Shown here: positions 24,521-38,293 of the stretch, one piece after another
Position numbering within the stretch: position 1 is the first letter of the stretch
Layout of the letters: the number at the start of each line of letters is the position of its first letter
NCBI GenBank assembly: GCA_951406725.2
Contig: OX597815.1
Coordinates: 40,114,001-40,178,000, forward strand
DNA length: 64,000 nt
DNA from: Octopus vulgaris
Taxonomy: Eukaryota
Reading direction: 5' to 3'
The notes under the pieces: generated by a model
Databases searched by the model: none
What the model was told of the DNA's origin: nothing
The model's input: only the letters and a program-made list of their open reading frames with translations
Program-made: the position numbers and the translations under genes

Positions 24521-27226
24521 AAATTCTATCTCGAGTCTTAATCTCTGATTCTGAGATGCGTATATTGATGAAAACACCCAAACAAACACGCGCACACGAT
24601 CTATGTAGTTGCAGATAAAACTGGGCAAAAAGTCTCTTTCCTTTAATGTGTAATGATTGATTGCCAAACGATATCCTAATTGGTTGGGATAAGGGTGAAA
24701 TCAACTACACTAAGCTTACCAGCCATGTTTTCACTTTACAGATATCCTGAGCTGCCACATTCTCCTTAGTAACATACCTGTTGTCTCCTCCAACAAACTG
24801 TGAGGAAAAGCTTATAAGTTATTCGTCATAGAAAGTATATAAAGTCACTAAACGAGAAGCATTATGAAATAGCTTCGTTGTCGTCGTCGTGATGATAATG
24901 GTGGTGGTGGTGGTGGTGGTGGTGTTACACCTGCTGCTGCTAGGAACGCAATGATTCCTTCATAGGTATATTGACATTTAATTATATGCGTGTATCATAT
25001 GTGTTTATAGTCCTACCGTATCTTATTATACACTCTTTTGTCTGTGTGTAATCACTTTTTAAGTGCATATAAATTCTAGATTAATCATCAATTAACTTAA
25101 TATTTGATAATTATTGTATATCAATTTCTTTGATTTCGCAAAAGGTTACAAATCTCGGAAATTCATAATACTCTCCATAGCAAAACATTGTTATCTCCAT
25201 TGTGCGTATCACATTTTCACAAATATTTATTTAGTATTGATTTAGCACGGCATAAGGTGATGCTGGTGGGAGTGCTCTATCTTTGATGATGTTTTCCGTA
25301 AGCCTTTAGCAGTGCAAGTGAAGCAAAATGGCTTCAAACTAAAATCAAGCGTTCATATTCTATGGCGCTCGCATATATAGACCACAACTTTCATACACAA
25401 ACCATAAACTCAATATAAAATCTAAAGAATATATGAAAAGTGAAATAGTAATAATAAACGCATAGAGAAAACTTATATGGAAAGTCAAACTAAAACAAGA
25501 TTATTTATTCATTAAGATACTGTTGGTACCGAAAACAATGTTTTAACGTTAAAAACAATTTCTTTTTATTATTTTTTTACTAGCTCCAGTAACTCCGGTC
25601 TGTTGCTTAGCTGGGATTGAAACCTTGAAACAAGAAATTACATTTCGGTTAATTAATGGTTAGTTCGTTTGCTGTTAACCGGTTGATCAGAGTGATACTT
25701 CTGTTCTATCATGCTCTTAAATAATGTCTAACCGATCTTCAAGATGCAAAACCTTTATTTATTCAATTACGATGGACGCTTTCATGTTTTTCATCCCTCC
25801 ATCAGCTTTTCTTCTTTTTTTTTTTTCGTTTTTATAAATCCAAGATCTTCCTTTCATAACTGTTTTATCGGCAAAAGCCTTGGTTTATTATCATGGCATA
25901 CCCTCATAGATCATCATTCTTCTTCATTTGTGAATAAGTTTTCTGTGAACAATAAAAAAAGAAGACAACATAAGAAATTATGATATATCTCTCACAAAAT
26001 ATTATTGTCAAAATAACACTGATATGTGTGTATGTGCGTGTGTATTTACATACATACGCGCATACGCACGTGCATACATATATATTGTCATCTGACAATA
26101 TCAATCTCCAAACGAACTTGAAACATTTCTTTCAACAGCCATCTTTTCACATAAATAATAATATGAATATTCACATAAATTTGGAGAAAGATTTTAAAAA
26201 CCTTTATTGCCTCAACGTTTCTGAAATGCTTCACATGTAGACGATTTCCTAGATAAACTACGATGTATTTATCTAAATAATACTTCACGGAGCAGTTTTT
26301 ACAATTACCTACTTTGCTTCCTCAAATGAAATATTTTTCCCTTATATAAATATTTTCTTTCAATCTTCTCCATGAATCTTATAAGCAAATTGACAAATTA
26401 CAATGACATTTATACCAGTTCCCATAAATCCGAAATATGTAATATATTTGTCATTGCCTTTCATTTCACCGTATATACTATATATACATTTCTCTCCCTC
26501 TTTCTCTCTCTCTCTCCCTCTCTCTCTCCCTCTCCCTCTCTCCTCTCATATTGCTCTATCTCCTCTCTGTTTTGTGTGTTTAGTGTGGTTATTTTGTTTT
26601 ACAAAGTATATTTATATTGTTACAATTATCGCTACCACTGCTGTTCAAAAGTCACTTGAAAACTACATATGTCGTTTCCTCTTCAGTCATAGAAGACAAT
26701 ATTTATTGAATGCTCCGAACTTCTAGCTTCCAGTCTTGCAAATTGTGAACATTGAAGGAATAATGAATTATCATAAATATAATTTATGTCGACTTCTTTT
26801 GACTGTGTTCTTTTCTTTATTGTAGCCATCACAGTTAAAGGTCACGCTGGACATCTTTTCCAAAGACACATCTGCATATCTGTTGTGGTGTGGTTGATTG
26901 AATGATATTACTGTTACGTTTTTTATGTTAGTGACATAGAAGGCAAAGTTAACCATTGTGGGGTTCCAAATTTTAAGGCAGAGAAACGAAACTAATTGCT
27001 GTCAGGAATCTAGAATGGTTTTCTAGTGTATCTATCGATATATCTCTGGATAGAGTATCAGACCACAAACCGAAAGAACGCTTAACTCTTAAATGACCCA
27101 GCCCACATAGATATGTGTGCACTATATAACAAAAACAATTTGTCTCAGTAAGCGTTGACAGCATTAAGCCATTAATAAATGCTTCGTATTCAAAGCTTAA
27201 AACTCTCTTGCAGGTGTCACTCACAA

Positions 27227-27274
<48 letters not shown>

Positions 27275-28104
27275 AGAAAGCGATTTTACGAGAATGGTTT
27301 ACCCAGGATACACTATATAAAAACGATATCGTCAATGGTTCCCTTGCAGAAGAATGGGTTAAAAGATTCACTGTATATCAACTGAGTTACTTTCAAAAAT
27401 TAACTTTTCACTTAGAATACCTGGCCTATACTATCCTGTAGGATCAGTTTGTGGACAATTAAAACATTACAATAATCACCAATGATATTTTAAAGGTAAG
27501 AGGTATCGACTGGGGCACTTTCTTCATATCTACATTAAAACATGGTATCAAATTAACTTCTCTGATATTATAGTTATTTTAAACAGAGAAATACTGACGT
27601 GAAAATGTCTTCTTTGTACCAGACACATAACCAACTTGCAGAGACACACAACCTACTTTTACACTAATTATGTGACAATATAAATTTCTCACTCAATAAA
27701 GCTAATTGCTTTTAAGAAGACAATGGAAATTACTATTACACATCTTTTTGTCATTTAAGATATGAAACCCAAAGTCGACCCTGGGAGAAAATGAAATCAG
27801 AACACCAAGGAAAGACTAAATGTACCATTTGATTGACTTTACCTTTATTCCAGAAGTGTCATCAATGGTCAAAATCTCTACAGACATAGAAAGGATAGTT
27901 GAATGGTAGAATGGCAAAACGGAATATCATTAAATATCTTACAGTACTTTGTTGCGGCCTAGGGTCGGTTTTACCTTACATATAGTGTGAAAGCAATATA
28001 AACCACATCAATTAAAACCAATCTTGAGGTGGGGTGAGTGCTTTCAAAGGTCATAACTATATTCCATTGCTTTTGGCTGAGACAGAAAATAAAAATATAT
28101 ACTA

Positions 28105-28670
28105 TTGGGTTGTCCGGAAAGTTCGTGCCGATATTTTAAAAAAAGAAAAAGGTCAATAAATACTTGCCATTACATTTTTAATCAACCAAATATGAACCAT
28201 TTTGTTGCACAATGCGTCTCCATATTTCCTTTAACTTGAAAATACCCTCTTCCCAGAATTGAGGTGGTTTCATGGCAAAGAATTCATCAAGGTATTTTTT
28301 TACGTTATCTAAGGAATCGAAATTTTTACCATTAAGACTATTCTGCAGAGACCTGAATAAGTGGGAATCCGAAGGAGCAATATCTGGTGAATGTGGAGAG
28401 TGGAGTAACACATCCCAGCCGAGCTGCAGCAATTTTTGTCTGGTTCCCAAAGCATCAAGTGCCGAAAATGAACTTTCTTATCTTCCATTTTAAAGGGTTA
28501 TAGAATTAACACAAGTTATAGGAACATTAACCTTCTTCCACGAAAAGATAGCTTAAACTGTGCTCTAAATGGAGGTGTAGTCAAATCATATTTTATGGAC
28601 TCAACCATGTTCTAAAATAAGTCGAAAGGTAAGCTACTATAAATCGGCACGAACTTTCCGGACAACCCAC
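28105..28670 (-). mobile_element. Internally deleted mariner transposon
   Basis: 28-bp TIR TTGGGTTGTCCGGAAAGTTCGTGCCGAT, TA TSDs; N-terminus MEDKKVHFRHLMLW (ATG at 28488) joined to the C-terminus with HSPDIAPSD (28178-28450). Confidence 0.95.
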
Positions 28671-29374
28671 TATTATCGATTCAGTGGACTACACACTTCT
28701 CTTATAAATGTGTATTTTTATAAACTATCGTAAAAAAATCGATATTAAATTATAGAAATTGAAGAAAAGAAAGCATGAAGGCTTTTAGTTATTATTGTTG
28801 TTGTTGTTGTTGTTGTCGTTATTGTTGTTGTTATCTACACTTCACACTCAAGATATGAGTGAATGAAATTAATAAGGAATGCTATCCGCACGAAAAATAA
28901 CAATCAAGTTAAAAGTCATCATACTGGATTTAGTGACGATGGAAAATCTAATTAATTAACAATATTTACACAATGAGGAGAAGAAAGTATTAAGTCAATG
29001 ACTCAATGATTAATATTTTTGAATGGTTTGTACAAGAGAGAAGTGTCAGGACCCATGGCGTTTTGTATGATCTCTGACAGTGGTAGCAGGGAAAAGGGAT
29101 AAAGAACGCGGTGATTTCAAATAAGATATCTAGTCCAAATATTTTGCTACAAAGCGGAATCCGCTTGAGCAATCCAATGACCAGGTGGTGATTGGAAACT
29201 AGACGATGGATTAATTCTATCACTCACGTTAAGTCTACCAACTTGGGAAATTTGCACTGAAATAAATAAAATGTATATATATTATACATATGCACACACA
29301 CACACGCATGTGTGTATATGTGTATATCTGTGTATGAATACAAATATATATGTATGTATATCTATATATGTATG

Positions 29375-29409
<35 letters not shown>

Positions 29410-29601
29410 CGTGTGTACCGTTGGCGATTTTTTTTCCTCTGTCTTCCCTTCTCTGGAGCTTTCCTTCTCCTATGTTTCCGACGAAGAGCTCCGCTCGAAA
29501 CGTTAAACCCTCCTTCTTCCCTTCTTTCCTGAGCGTCCAATAATACTATATTTGTTCCACGTCCTCGCGTTGTTGTGTTTTTTGTGTTTTCTTGTTTGGA
29601 T

Positions 29602-29606
<5 letters not shown>
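29410..29606 (+). mobile_element. PLE pLTR-type fragment within (TA)n; an inverted, deleted relative lies at 29942-30035
   Basis: Contains a hammerhead; both ends (CGTTGGCGATTTT and TTGTTTGGATT) recur reverse-complemented at 29942-30035. Confidence 0.7.
29474..29508 (+). ncRNA. Minimal hammerhead ribozyme, U4C core variant
   Basis: GTTT-CCGACGA-A-GAGC tcc GCTC-GAAA-CGT-T-AAAC; stems I and II perfect. Confidence 0.75.
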
Positions 29607-29661
<55 letters not shown>

Positions 29662-30079
29662 CATCATCATCATCATTGTTCGACCGTGGTCGAGACTTTC
29701 ATAGTCTTTTCAAATAGCTAATAATGTGTGCGCGCGCCACTACTACACACATTGGAAAGCATTGTACAACCAAGTACTAAAGAAGATCTTTCCTCCTCCA
29801 TGAAACAAAGCTGTTCCCGCTGGACGTCAACCCAGTATTTCTAAGCTACGGACCCAGTGATTTATTGTAAGGTTATCTCCCTAGATAGATTGCCTTCACT
29901 GCGGCTAAGGAGCCCTTTCTACCCCATATATATATATAGCGAATCCAAACAAAATAGAGCAAACATGAAAAACAACAACCGGAAGACGTGGTACAACAAC
30001 CGGAAGACGGAGGAAGAAAATCGCCAACGATTCTACGTGGTTACATTTTGAAATGACCGGAAGAGTGCAAGAGAAGGAG

Positions 30080-31030
30080 GCATGTGTGTGTATATGTGGG
30101 TATGTGCGTGAGCGCAGGTCTGTGTGTGTGTGTGTGTGTGTTTGTATGTGTGTGTGTGATGTGTGTGTGTGAGTGCGTTTGTATGTGTGTGTGTGTGGTT
30201 TTGGTTGTTTATGTGAGTGGACTTTGTGTCGCTTAATGTTGTAGGAAGAATTTATTGTAAGAATCTATAGTAGGAGTGGCTGTCTTTTGTGTAGTGTGTT
30301 CCTTCACATGTGCGTAGGAGAATGGTCAGTAGAAAGGTGTTTAACTGTGTGTGCGTGTATGTATATGTTGTGTATGTGTGTGTTTTGCGTGCAGTGTGTG
30401 CCCGTGTGTGTGTGTGCGTGTGTGTGTGTATGTATGTGTGTGTAAGTGCGTGTGTGTATGTGTGTGTGTGTGTTTGTGCGTTCGTGTGTGTGCGTATGTG
30501 TATGTCCATGTATGTATAATTGTGTACGTGTATGTATGAGTGTGTGTTGTGTGTGCGTGTGTACGTGTATGTATGAGTGTGTGTTGTGTGTGCGTGTAGA
30601 AGGTATGTATGTGTGAGCGTGTGAGTGTATGTATGTATATGTGTGTGCATGTATGTGTGTGCGCGTGTATGTGTGTGCGTATGTGTGCGTGAACGAGAGG
30701 TTGTATGTGGAGGTAAATGTGTGATTTTTGCATGTGTGTGCGTGTGTGTGTATGTGTGTGTGCGTGTGTGCATGTATGTGTGTGAGTGTACGTATATATT
30801 GTGTGTGCCTGTGTATGTGTGTGCATGTGTATGTATGTGTGTGTGTATCTGAGTTTGTGTATGCGTAGGGTTGTATGTGGAGTTGTGTATGTTAGGTTTA
30901 TGTGTGTTCCTGTGTGTTTGTGTGCGTGCGTGTGTGTGTTTATGCCTATGTGAGTGTAATTATGTGCGTGTCTGCATGAGTGTGTGTTGTATGTGTGGGA
31001 GGTATGTGTATGTACACGTGAGAAGTTTGA
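30080..31030. repeat. Long degenerate (TG)n tract
   Basis: Direct inspection; source of the 289-aa and 173-aa His/Thr ORFs. Confidence 0.95.
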
Positions 31031-31368
31031 ATGGTGTGCGTATGGCAGTTGTGGAGGTGATGGTGGTGGTACTGGTGATAGTGATGGTTGTAAATAATCA
31101 ACAAAAAGAGAGAGAAAAAAGGTTAAAATAAAAACTTGTACTGACCCCCGAATGGAAAGACAAAAAATGTTGTTTATCGTGAAGCTTTGCACTAAGTTCC
31201 AAGTCCACATATTATATCATTCTTTTGAGGAAAATTGTTCATTGGTTGAAAAATATTGGTCAAGTTTAATAAAAGTTTACATTACTCAGTGCATGAAGTG
31301 TCATTATTGGGCTCAAGGTCCAATGAAGAGCCCTCCACAGGAGCTAGCTTTAAGCTAGTATATATATA

Positions 31369-31487
31369 TCACGTGACCACGTGACCGACCAGACCATCAA
31401 ACGTTGTAACACATCGCTGGTCACAATGCGTTCGCATTGTTTTAGCCTTCGAATGACGCCACCCCGCTGGCTAAGCGAGCAAGCCAA
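31369..31487 (-). mobile_element. 3' fragment of SINE family C2
   Basis: Reverse complement of about 52165-52284. Confidence 0.85.
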
Positions 31488-31488
31488 G

Positions 31489-31547
<59 letters not shown>

Positions 31548-31650
31548 GTGTGTGTGTGTGTGTGTGTGAGTGTCTGTGTGTCTGAGTGTGTGTATGTACA
31601 TATATGTGTGTGTGTGTATTTAAGTCAATATGCATTTAAATATTTATATA

Positions 31651-31850
31651 CAGTAATCACTCGTCATATCGCGGTTCACATATCGCATCCTCAGCACATC
31701 GTTGATTTTTTTCTGACTAATATAGGTAAATTTATATCGCAGACTCATCAGTATATCGCGGGTTTCAGCGGCCGACAACTATTTTTATTTTTTAGATTTT
31801 AATTATTTCTGTGGTGATATAAGCATTTCCACGCCTAAAAATTAATAAAT
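31651..31850. mobile_element. Possible pogo/Tigger-type MITE end
   Basis: TA-CAGTAATCACTCG terminus followed by several ATATCGC subterminal repeats; second end not found. Confidence 0.45.
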
Positions 31851-32085
31851 TAATAAATGAAAATACGATTTGACTTTATGCCAAACTTTGAAACCAATAT
31901 GAATACATATACATGCATGCATACATACATACATACATACATACATACATACATACATACATACATACATGTATGTATGTATGTATGTATTTTCAGTTCC
32001 TTCAGGTTGCTTTTATGCAGTCTTTATACATTTTTGTGGTATGTACTTTGGAATCTTATTGCCTTCTATATACATACATGCATGT

Positions 32086-32620
32086 AATAGGATTCTAAAA
32101 TACAAACCACAAAAATGTACAAAGACTTCATAAAAGCAGCCTGAAGAAACTGAAAATCAATTTAATGAACTAGGAAGAACTAGCTTTGGAAGAGCTGAGA
32201 TGAGGAAGCGTATAAGGGAAGGCTATAAAACTTTTGAAGCGAATCGCCATGAGCACGAAAGCCTAAATCGCCGGCTTCGGAGGGGCTGTCTTCAGAACGT
32301 CAATAAGAACATGAAGTGTTGGAGGATATGAAAGCTATGACTGTGTGCCCTTTTCTAAGTCTGGGTATGTCAAACATTTGAAGTCCCATGAAAGATTAAC
32401 TGTATGTAACGTCCTTCCTCCTAGGCTGGGTGATTTCGGGTCTGAAAAGAGACATATGGTGGTTCACAGAAATCATATCTCACAAAGTAATCCAATCAAT
32501 CCAGTGACATGGACTTTTGTCTATCACTTATGCTTCAAACCATACAGATCTTCAGTGGGATTGAATAGCCATCTGACAGTTCATAGATGGAAAGTCAGAA
32601 ACGTCATTGACAACGAGGAA
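32086..32620 (+). mobile_element. RTE-like LINE C-terminal remnant with C2H2 motifs
   Basis: PQKC-KDFIKAA-KKLKI..EELALERAEMRKRIREG, SGYVKHLKSH and CFKPYRSSVGLNSHLTVH. Confidence 0.7.
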
Positions 32621-32806
32621 GCTCAGAGAAACAAGAGTCACCATGTATGTATTTATGCATGCATGTAAGTATGTATGTGTGTATGTATGCATGTGTGCAT
32701 AATAGTATTATGTATGTATGCATATAAGCAAGTATGCATGCATGCATGCATGTAAGAGTCTGCATGTGTATGGGTAAAACAGGTGGATAATTAACTTTCA
32801 AACGTA

Positions 32807-34078
32807 CATGGTGTCTCAGAAAGATTTATCCATGTTTAAAACTCTTTCTAAAGAATATCGATCCAGATGATATTATCTACATTTTACATAAAGATTTGCA
32901 TATGTCCTTTGTTCATGTGTCTATTGTTTCGTTCGACTATAACAGGTTTGGAACAAACATGGCGTCGAAAGCAAAACGTGACCAAATTGTCGCTTTGAAA
33001 ACAGCAGGAGTGAGAAATAAAGACATAATAAAACAGTTGAATGTACCGTAAAACAGTGTTCAATACCTGGAAATGATATATGGAAACTGCTACTACCTTT
33101 AGCAGGCCAATTCCAAGTAGGAAACGATCAGTTCGTAACAAACAAACTGTTAAAGCTGCGAAGAAGTGAATGAACCGAAATACTCGCAGGAGCGCAAGAA
33201 AAATTGTAAAAGCTCTTGATATTTCGAAATTATCAATGCACAGGATTTTTAAAGAGAATTTAAAGCTAACTGCATACAAGAAACAATCTGAAGAGTTAAT
33301 TTCAGTAGCTTCCAAGAAGAAACGGTTCCACAGTGGTAAAACCATGTTATCTGAGATGAAATGCGCCGCTAACAGTGTTAATCTGGCCCGATGAGAAGAT
33401 CATCACCGTAGAGGCAGTTACCAAGAAGCAGAATGATAAGCTTTATGCACGTAATACAAGACTTGCTCGAAGGTAGCAGGAGTCATTTACGTCATCAGAA
33501 GCCAGCTTTACTCACGGTGTGGGCTGCAGTTGCATCTGATGGGTTCAAGTCTACTTTGATCTTCATCGATGCTGGCGTCAAGGTCAACAGTGAAGTTTAT
33601 GTGAAAATGTCGGATGGGAAAGTGTTATCCTGGGTCATAGAAACATTTGGTGACCATTACATCTTCACTCAAGGCGCATCCAATTTGATACAGAGGTGAT
33701 GCAAAGAGCATTCCAGCGGTTTTGGGGACAAGACCATATGACATCCCTCAAGTCCAAATATCAATCCCATGGACTTTGCTATCTCGTCCATCTTAGTAAT
33801 GCTTCTGCGTGCTCCTATTCAAATGTGTCAGATCTGAAGAAAGCCCTTCTGTCTCCATGGGTCAAGTTGGATGAAGAGGTGGTACGGCACTCATGCAACT
33901 CAGTGACCACTCGTTTGCAGGCTATGATCAAGACAAAGGGTGGTCATTTTGAAATATAATTACTGAAATGGAATGACAATTTTCATTAGAATGCGTGTGC
34001 CAAATTTCATTATCTTACCTTAAATTTATTTTGAATAATTAAGAAAAATCAATGGGTAAATCTTTCTGGGACACCCCG
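32807..34078 (+). mobile_element. Tc1/mariner transposon, maT (DD37D)-like, near full length, pseudogenised
   Basis: 27-bp TIRs C(AT/GG)GGTGTC(T/C)CAGAAAGATTTA(T/C)CCAT with TA TSDs; disrupted transposase 32959-33959 with WPDEKIITVE, QKPALLTVWAAVASDG and SSPNINPMDFAI; the second catalytic D region is deleted. Confidence 0.9.
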
Positions 34079-34084
34079 TACTTC

Positions 34085-34490
34085 TTTGTAGCAGCGAAAT
34101 TTCAAATCTTAGTGCTATGCTTGTTACAGACAACTTAATGGGGATGTTAGTACAAGTTTCTGTGTCTACTGCTGTCAAAGGATCTATTGGAAATATTTTT
34201 ATCCGAATGTTGCTATCAAATGACAATAATTTTCTTCTGACTTGTAGAATAATGTTTTATCTTGTTCGAAGAAATCGAGAATAGGTCGATATATGAAAAT
34301 GGCTTTTAGAATGAAGCCTTTTGTGATTGATGGATGTGATGTCGGATTGTGACGAAAGTACATTTGTGTTTGCGATGAACAGATTGGAATCAATTTATAT
34401 TTACATCCGTGACTTTGCATAGAGCTTGGTGTGAATTTTTCTTTGTTTTAGAAATAATTTTGTCTCGAATTTCCTTCTTAGCTTTACACA
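34085..34490 (-). mobile_element. Decayed PLE RT fragment (second lineage)
   Basis: IN*FQSVHRKHKCTFV..SDIT..HPSITKGFILKA resembles the PLE RT motif A region. Confidence 0.5.
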
Positions 34491-34499
34491 GTTGAATGT

Positions 34500-35160
34500 A
34501 GACGGAACAGGGGATGGAAAGCTTGGTGTGTTTAGGGTGGGAGGAGGAGAAGTTGTGGTATGAGTGTGAGTCTGTGTGTTTGTAGTGGAAGGAGGTGGTA
34601 AGAGTGGAGTGATGAAAGCTGACCGAAATGTCAAGAAAGGAGACAGAGGTGTCAAAGATAGTGCAGGAGAAGTGGAGGGCAGGATGGAAAGATTTGACAA
34701 AAGAGAGGAAGGAGTCTAGATGTTCGCGAAATATTTGGGCCTCAACATAGCCAACGAACAGGTTTGCATAGTTGGGGCCCATTCTCGTTCCCATGGCCAC
34801 TCCCGAGTACTGATGGTAGAAATCACCCGCGAACGAAAAGCAGTTGAGTGAGAGAACAAGTTCGGCCAGACGAACCAGTGTGGAGGTGTCGGGTTAGGGG
34901 TTGGATCGTGGTGAGGGATCACCGTGTAAGGGCTCTGGATGTCGAGAGTGAAGAGAAGTTTAGAGGGGCCAGGAGGGAAGGAGAAAGAGTTGAACAAACG
35001 AAGCGTATGGTTGGTATCATGGATTTGAGAAGGGAGAGAAGCAACTAGGGGGGGGGGCAAGGGAGGGAGAAGGGTAGTGGAGGAGTTGGGGTAGTGGCAT
35101 TGGGTATGATGGAATGGAGGAGTGAGTGGAGTTTATGAAGTTTGATGTTGGCAACAAATT
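34500..35160 (-). mobile_element. Penelope-like (Neptune-type) RT fragment
   Basis: LLFTLDIQSPYTVIPH, GVAMGTRMGPNYANLFVG, VSFLDISV and HYKHTDSHSYHNFSSSHP are typical PLE RT motifs. Confidence 0.92.
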
Positions 35161-35295
35161 GATGAAAGTTATGATTTAAATTAATTATATAACGCAAAGT
35201 GTTGTGAGCATGGGATGGCGACAGAGAGGAGAAAAAGATGGAAAAAGCCGGAGGGAGAAGACGGTCGATGGTATGTGTATATGTATGCCATCATG

Positions 35296-35344
<49 letters not shown>

Positions 35345-35454
35345 ATGCCATCATCATCATCATCATAATCATTTATTGTCTGTTTTCTATGCTGACATGG
35401 GTTGAACGCTTCAATAATCGGCGAACCACAGGCCTGCGTCGAGTTCCAATGTCA

Positions 35455-35932
35455 ACCCGTCTGATAAGGGTACACCAAGCACATGCATCACAACCATATG
35501 TGCACGACATGGTGATCTCATATAAAGATAAACAGCGCATGACCTTGGAGGTGGGGCCCAGTTAGAAGTTTCTTCTGGTCGAGTAACCCATCCCGCTCAA
35601 AAGGTCCCTGAATAAGGATTGTTTAAGGATTTTGAACGAAACACCCATGTTTCCAGAGGTCAATTATTCAAACCCCAAAGAATCCCTCTCAACACATGGC
35701 TATGATGCTCCCCCACTACTTCTGCTCGTGATCAGAGATGCACATATCGTCAGCCACTAAGGGACATGCTCAACAGGTTATGTTCAAAGAAGTGACAAGC
35801 AAATTTGTGGTATTAAGCAGAATATTTGCTGTACCCCATCTTTTATACCAAGACAAAACAATGTACATGATAACACTTCCAATCAGTTAAGATCAGAAAC
35901 CACGAGACCCAATGCCCGGTACTGCATCAGGG

Positions 35933-35935
<3 letters not shown>
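35455..35935 (-). repeat. Unclassified element abutting a (TAA)n tract, possibly the 5' region of an R4/Dong-type retroelement
   Basis: More GC-rich block with a sharp junction to (TTA)n at 35933; no coding motif recognised. Confidence 0.35.
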
Positions 35936-35994
<59 letters not shown>

Positions 35995-36699
35995 GCAAAA
36001 GTGTGAGCTGAGACAAAATAGCTAAAATAATTTGATGAATATTCTCTACATTTTATTTACAACGCTCACGAAACAGTTTTATTTTCGTGTAATACTGGAG
36101 CATGTTTGTTTTTTTTAATACCAAATGACAGTTCTCTTTGTGCTAATATGAAATGACAGGAATGTGAGTTATTGATTGGACAAAGTAAACATTCTCGATG
36201 TTTTAAACGTGTCGCATGTATTGGTGTTCGTTAATGCAAATGTGTGAACGTCTACAGCTATTTTTAATAACTGGTTGCTGTAGAGGGATTTGGAATTAAA
36301 CTGAAAAGTTGTTTTGCTAATAAAGCACTCGGGAACAATTTTACGTTGAGGAACATCAAAGTGATTTTTTTCTTTTAAACACAACATTGTTGCTTCAGGA
36401 GATTTAACGACTTATTATCGACGATAGGTTTTTCCAAAAATTCTATCTGAACTTAATTATATTCAAAGCCAATTTGATGCAAATGTAATTTCAAAGCAAA
36501 TTTCTGTTTCTGATTCATTACAAAATGCTAAAAATGTCTTCGGGGTTCCAGAATTGATATAACAGTAGCCTTTCTAAAACAAGCGCAGAAACGTTTGTTA
36601 AGGAATTAGATCTAATTAGTTTATTAGAAATTAAATACTTGACATAACTGAAAACGATATGGAAAAAAGAAGTGAATAGATTGACTATTTATGACAAAA

Positions 36700-37470
36700 T
36701 TAAAGTAGAAACCATGATTATGGGATTGCAGATATATCAAGCTCTTACTACTGTTAACTCTAACTCTAACATAGAATCGAATAAAGGTATTTCAGAAACT
36801 TCACTGACCTGTATTCATGCGAAGAAAATATTATTGCACCTTAGTTTCACACTTATTCATAAATTGTACTCAACTAGAGCACTTATCGCTACTGTTGTCG
36901 AGTCTCACTATCATCGGTAATCATTTCAAGCGAAAGTACATCCTTGACATAAATAGAATAACATTCCAACGAGTGGCTCTTCTCTTCAGAGCCAGAAAGA
37001 AGATACTTCATCGCCTAACAATTAAGACTCTACAAAGCTCAAATGATTGTCATAAAGGTGTATTGCACTCAAATGTGGGCAGTGCTGCTGTTGTATACAC
37101 AGGTATCACGGACCGCATTCATTAAAGGGCCACTCGGCTTATTGGTATGAAGTCATTCCCAGACACATTCTTGACCACTACTGCCTTATCTCTCTAACTT
37201 TTCCATTGCAACTATAATGACCTCTGCTCCTCGGTACTAGCTGAGATCTTATCACCTCCGTTCAGGCATTCATGTCTTACTCACCTCTCTTCCTTTCATC
37301 ACACTTGTTAAACTCACATCAAAAAATTAGCAATGATCACTGCATCCAATCGTTACTTTCCAGGACCTCGACATCCAAGAAATTCTTTTCCTGCGACTCA
37401 TTCCTGCATACATTGACTTACAGTGGTTCAAGAGCAACACTAGTGACATTGCTCCTTCCTCTGAATTCGG
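36700..37470 (+). mobile_element. Decayed CR1-clade LINE 3' end
   Basis: QRVALLFRARKK, GSAAVVYTGITDRIH*RATRLIG and LFHCNYNDLCSSVLAE. Confidence 0.75.
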
Positions 37471-37536
37471 GAAGTACTACATATAAACACGCACGCACAT
37501 GCTGCTGAGATGCAAAGATGCAAAAAACACTTTTGC

Positions 37537-37569
<33 letters not shown>

Positions 37570-37734
37570 AATCAAAGGTAAGGCAAAAGGAAGATGACAA
37601 GCGGAATCGAACAAAACACAACATACTGAAAAATAGACGATAACATAACAGACGGACCATTTGCAGCAGATTTCCTCATCAGTCGATTATATATGTGCAC
37701 ATATTTATATATATATATATATATACGTATATAT

Positions 37735-37772
<38 letters not shown>

Positions 37773-37960
37773 TCTTTTATTTGTTTCAATTATAGGACTG
37801 TGGCTATGCTGGAGCACTGCCTTTAGTCGAATAAATCGCCCCCTGGATTTATTTTATCGGTCATGGGAACGTAATCACACCACCATCGGTTGTCAAGTGA
37901 TGGTGGGGGTACAAACACGTACACAAACATATATACATAATACACACACACACACACACT

Positions 37961-37991
<31 letters not shown>

Positions 37992-38293
37992 AAATTAATT
38001 AATTTTAATAATTAATAATTTTACCAAGTAGTCAGCCCAACGGTCTGGACGTCATTTCTCTCGCTTCTCAACATTTTTTTCTCTTTTCACTATTTTCTTC
38101 TCTTCTATTTATTCTATATCCTTTCAAAATTTCTCCCAGACGTTACCCATTACAATTCGTCTTGGCCTAACCTACGTATATATATAATTTAAATAATGAG
38201 GGTGATAAATTGAATATTAATTTAATTAACATCAATTTAAAACCAGTGGCCTAGCATATAGAAAAATCTGAAAATTCAGAAAAATTGTATTAC

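Noticed and set aside
27441-27495. AG...AAG|GTAAGA micro-exon candidate
   Set aside because: Stops in all three frames; no supporting neighbouring exons.
30252-31210. 289-aa and 173-aa His/Thr-rich ORFs
   Set aside because: Translations of a degenerate (CA)n tract; the same applies to the YI, CV, ER and HTYI ORFs throughout the window.
31743-31770. Minus-strand GAAA...CTGATGA
   Set aside because: Lies among the ATATCGC subterminal repeats of a DNA-transposon end; no stems.
35455-35935. Possible HDV-like ribozyme at a retroelement 5' end
   Set aside because: A consistent nested double pseudoknot could not be built by eye.
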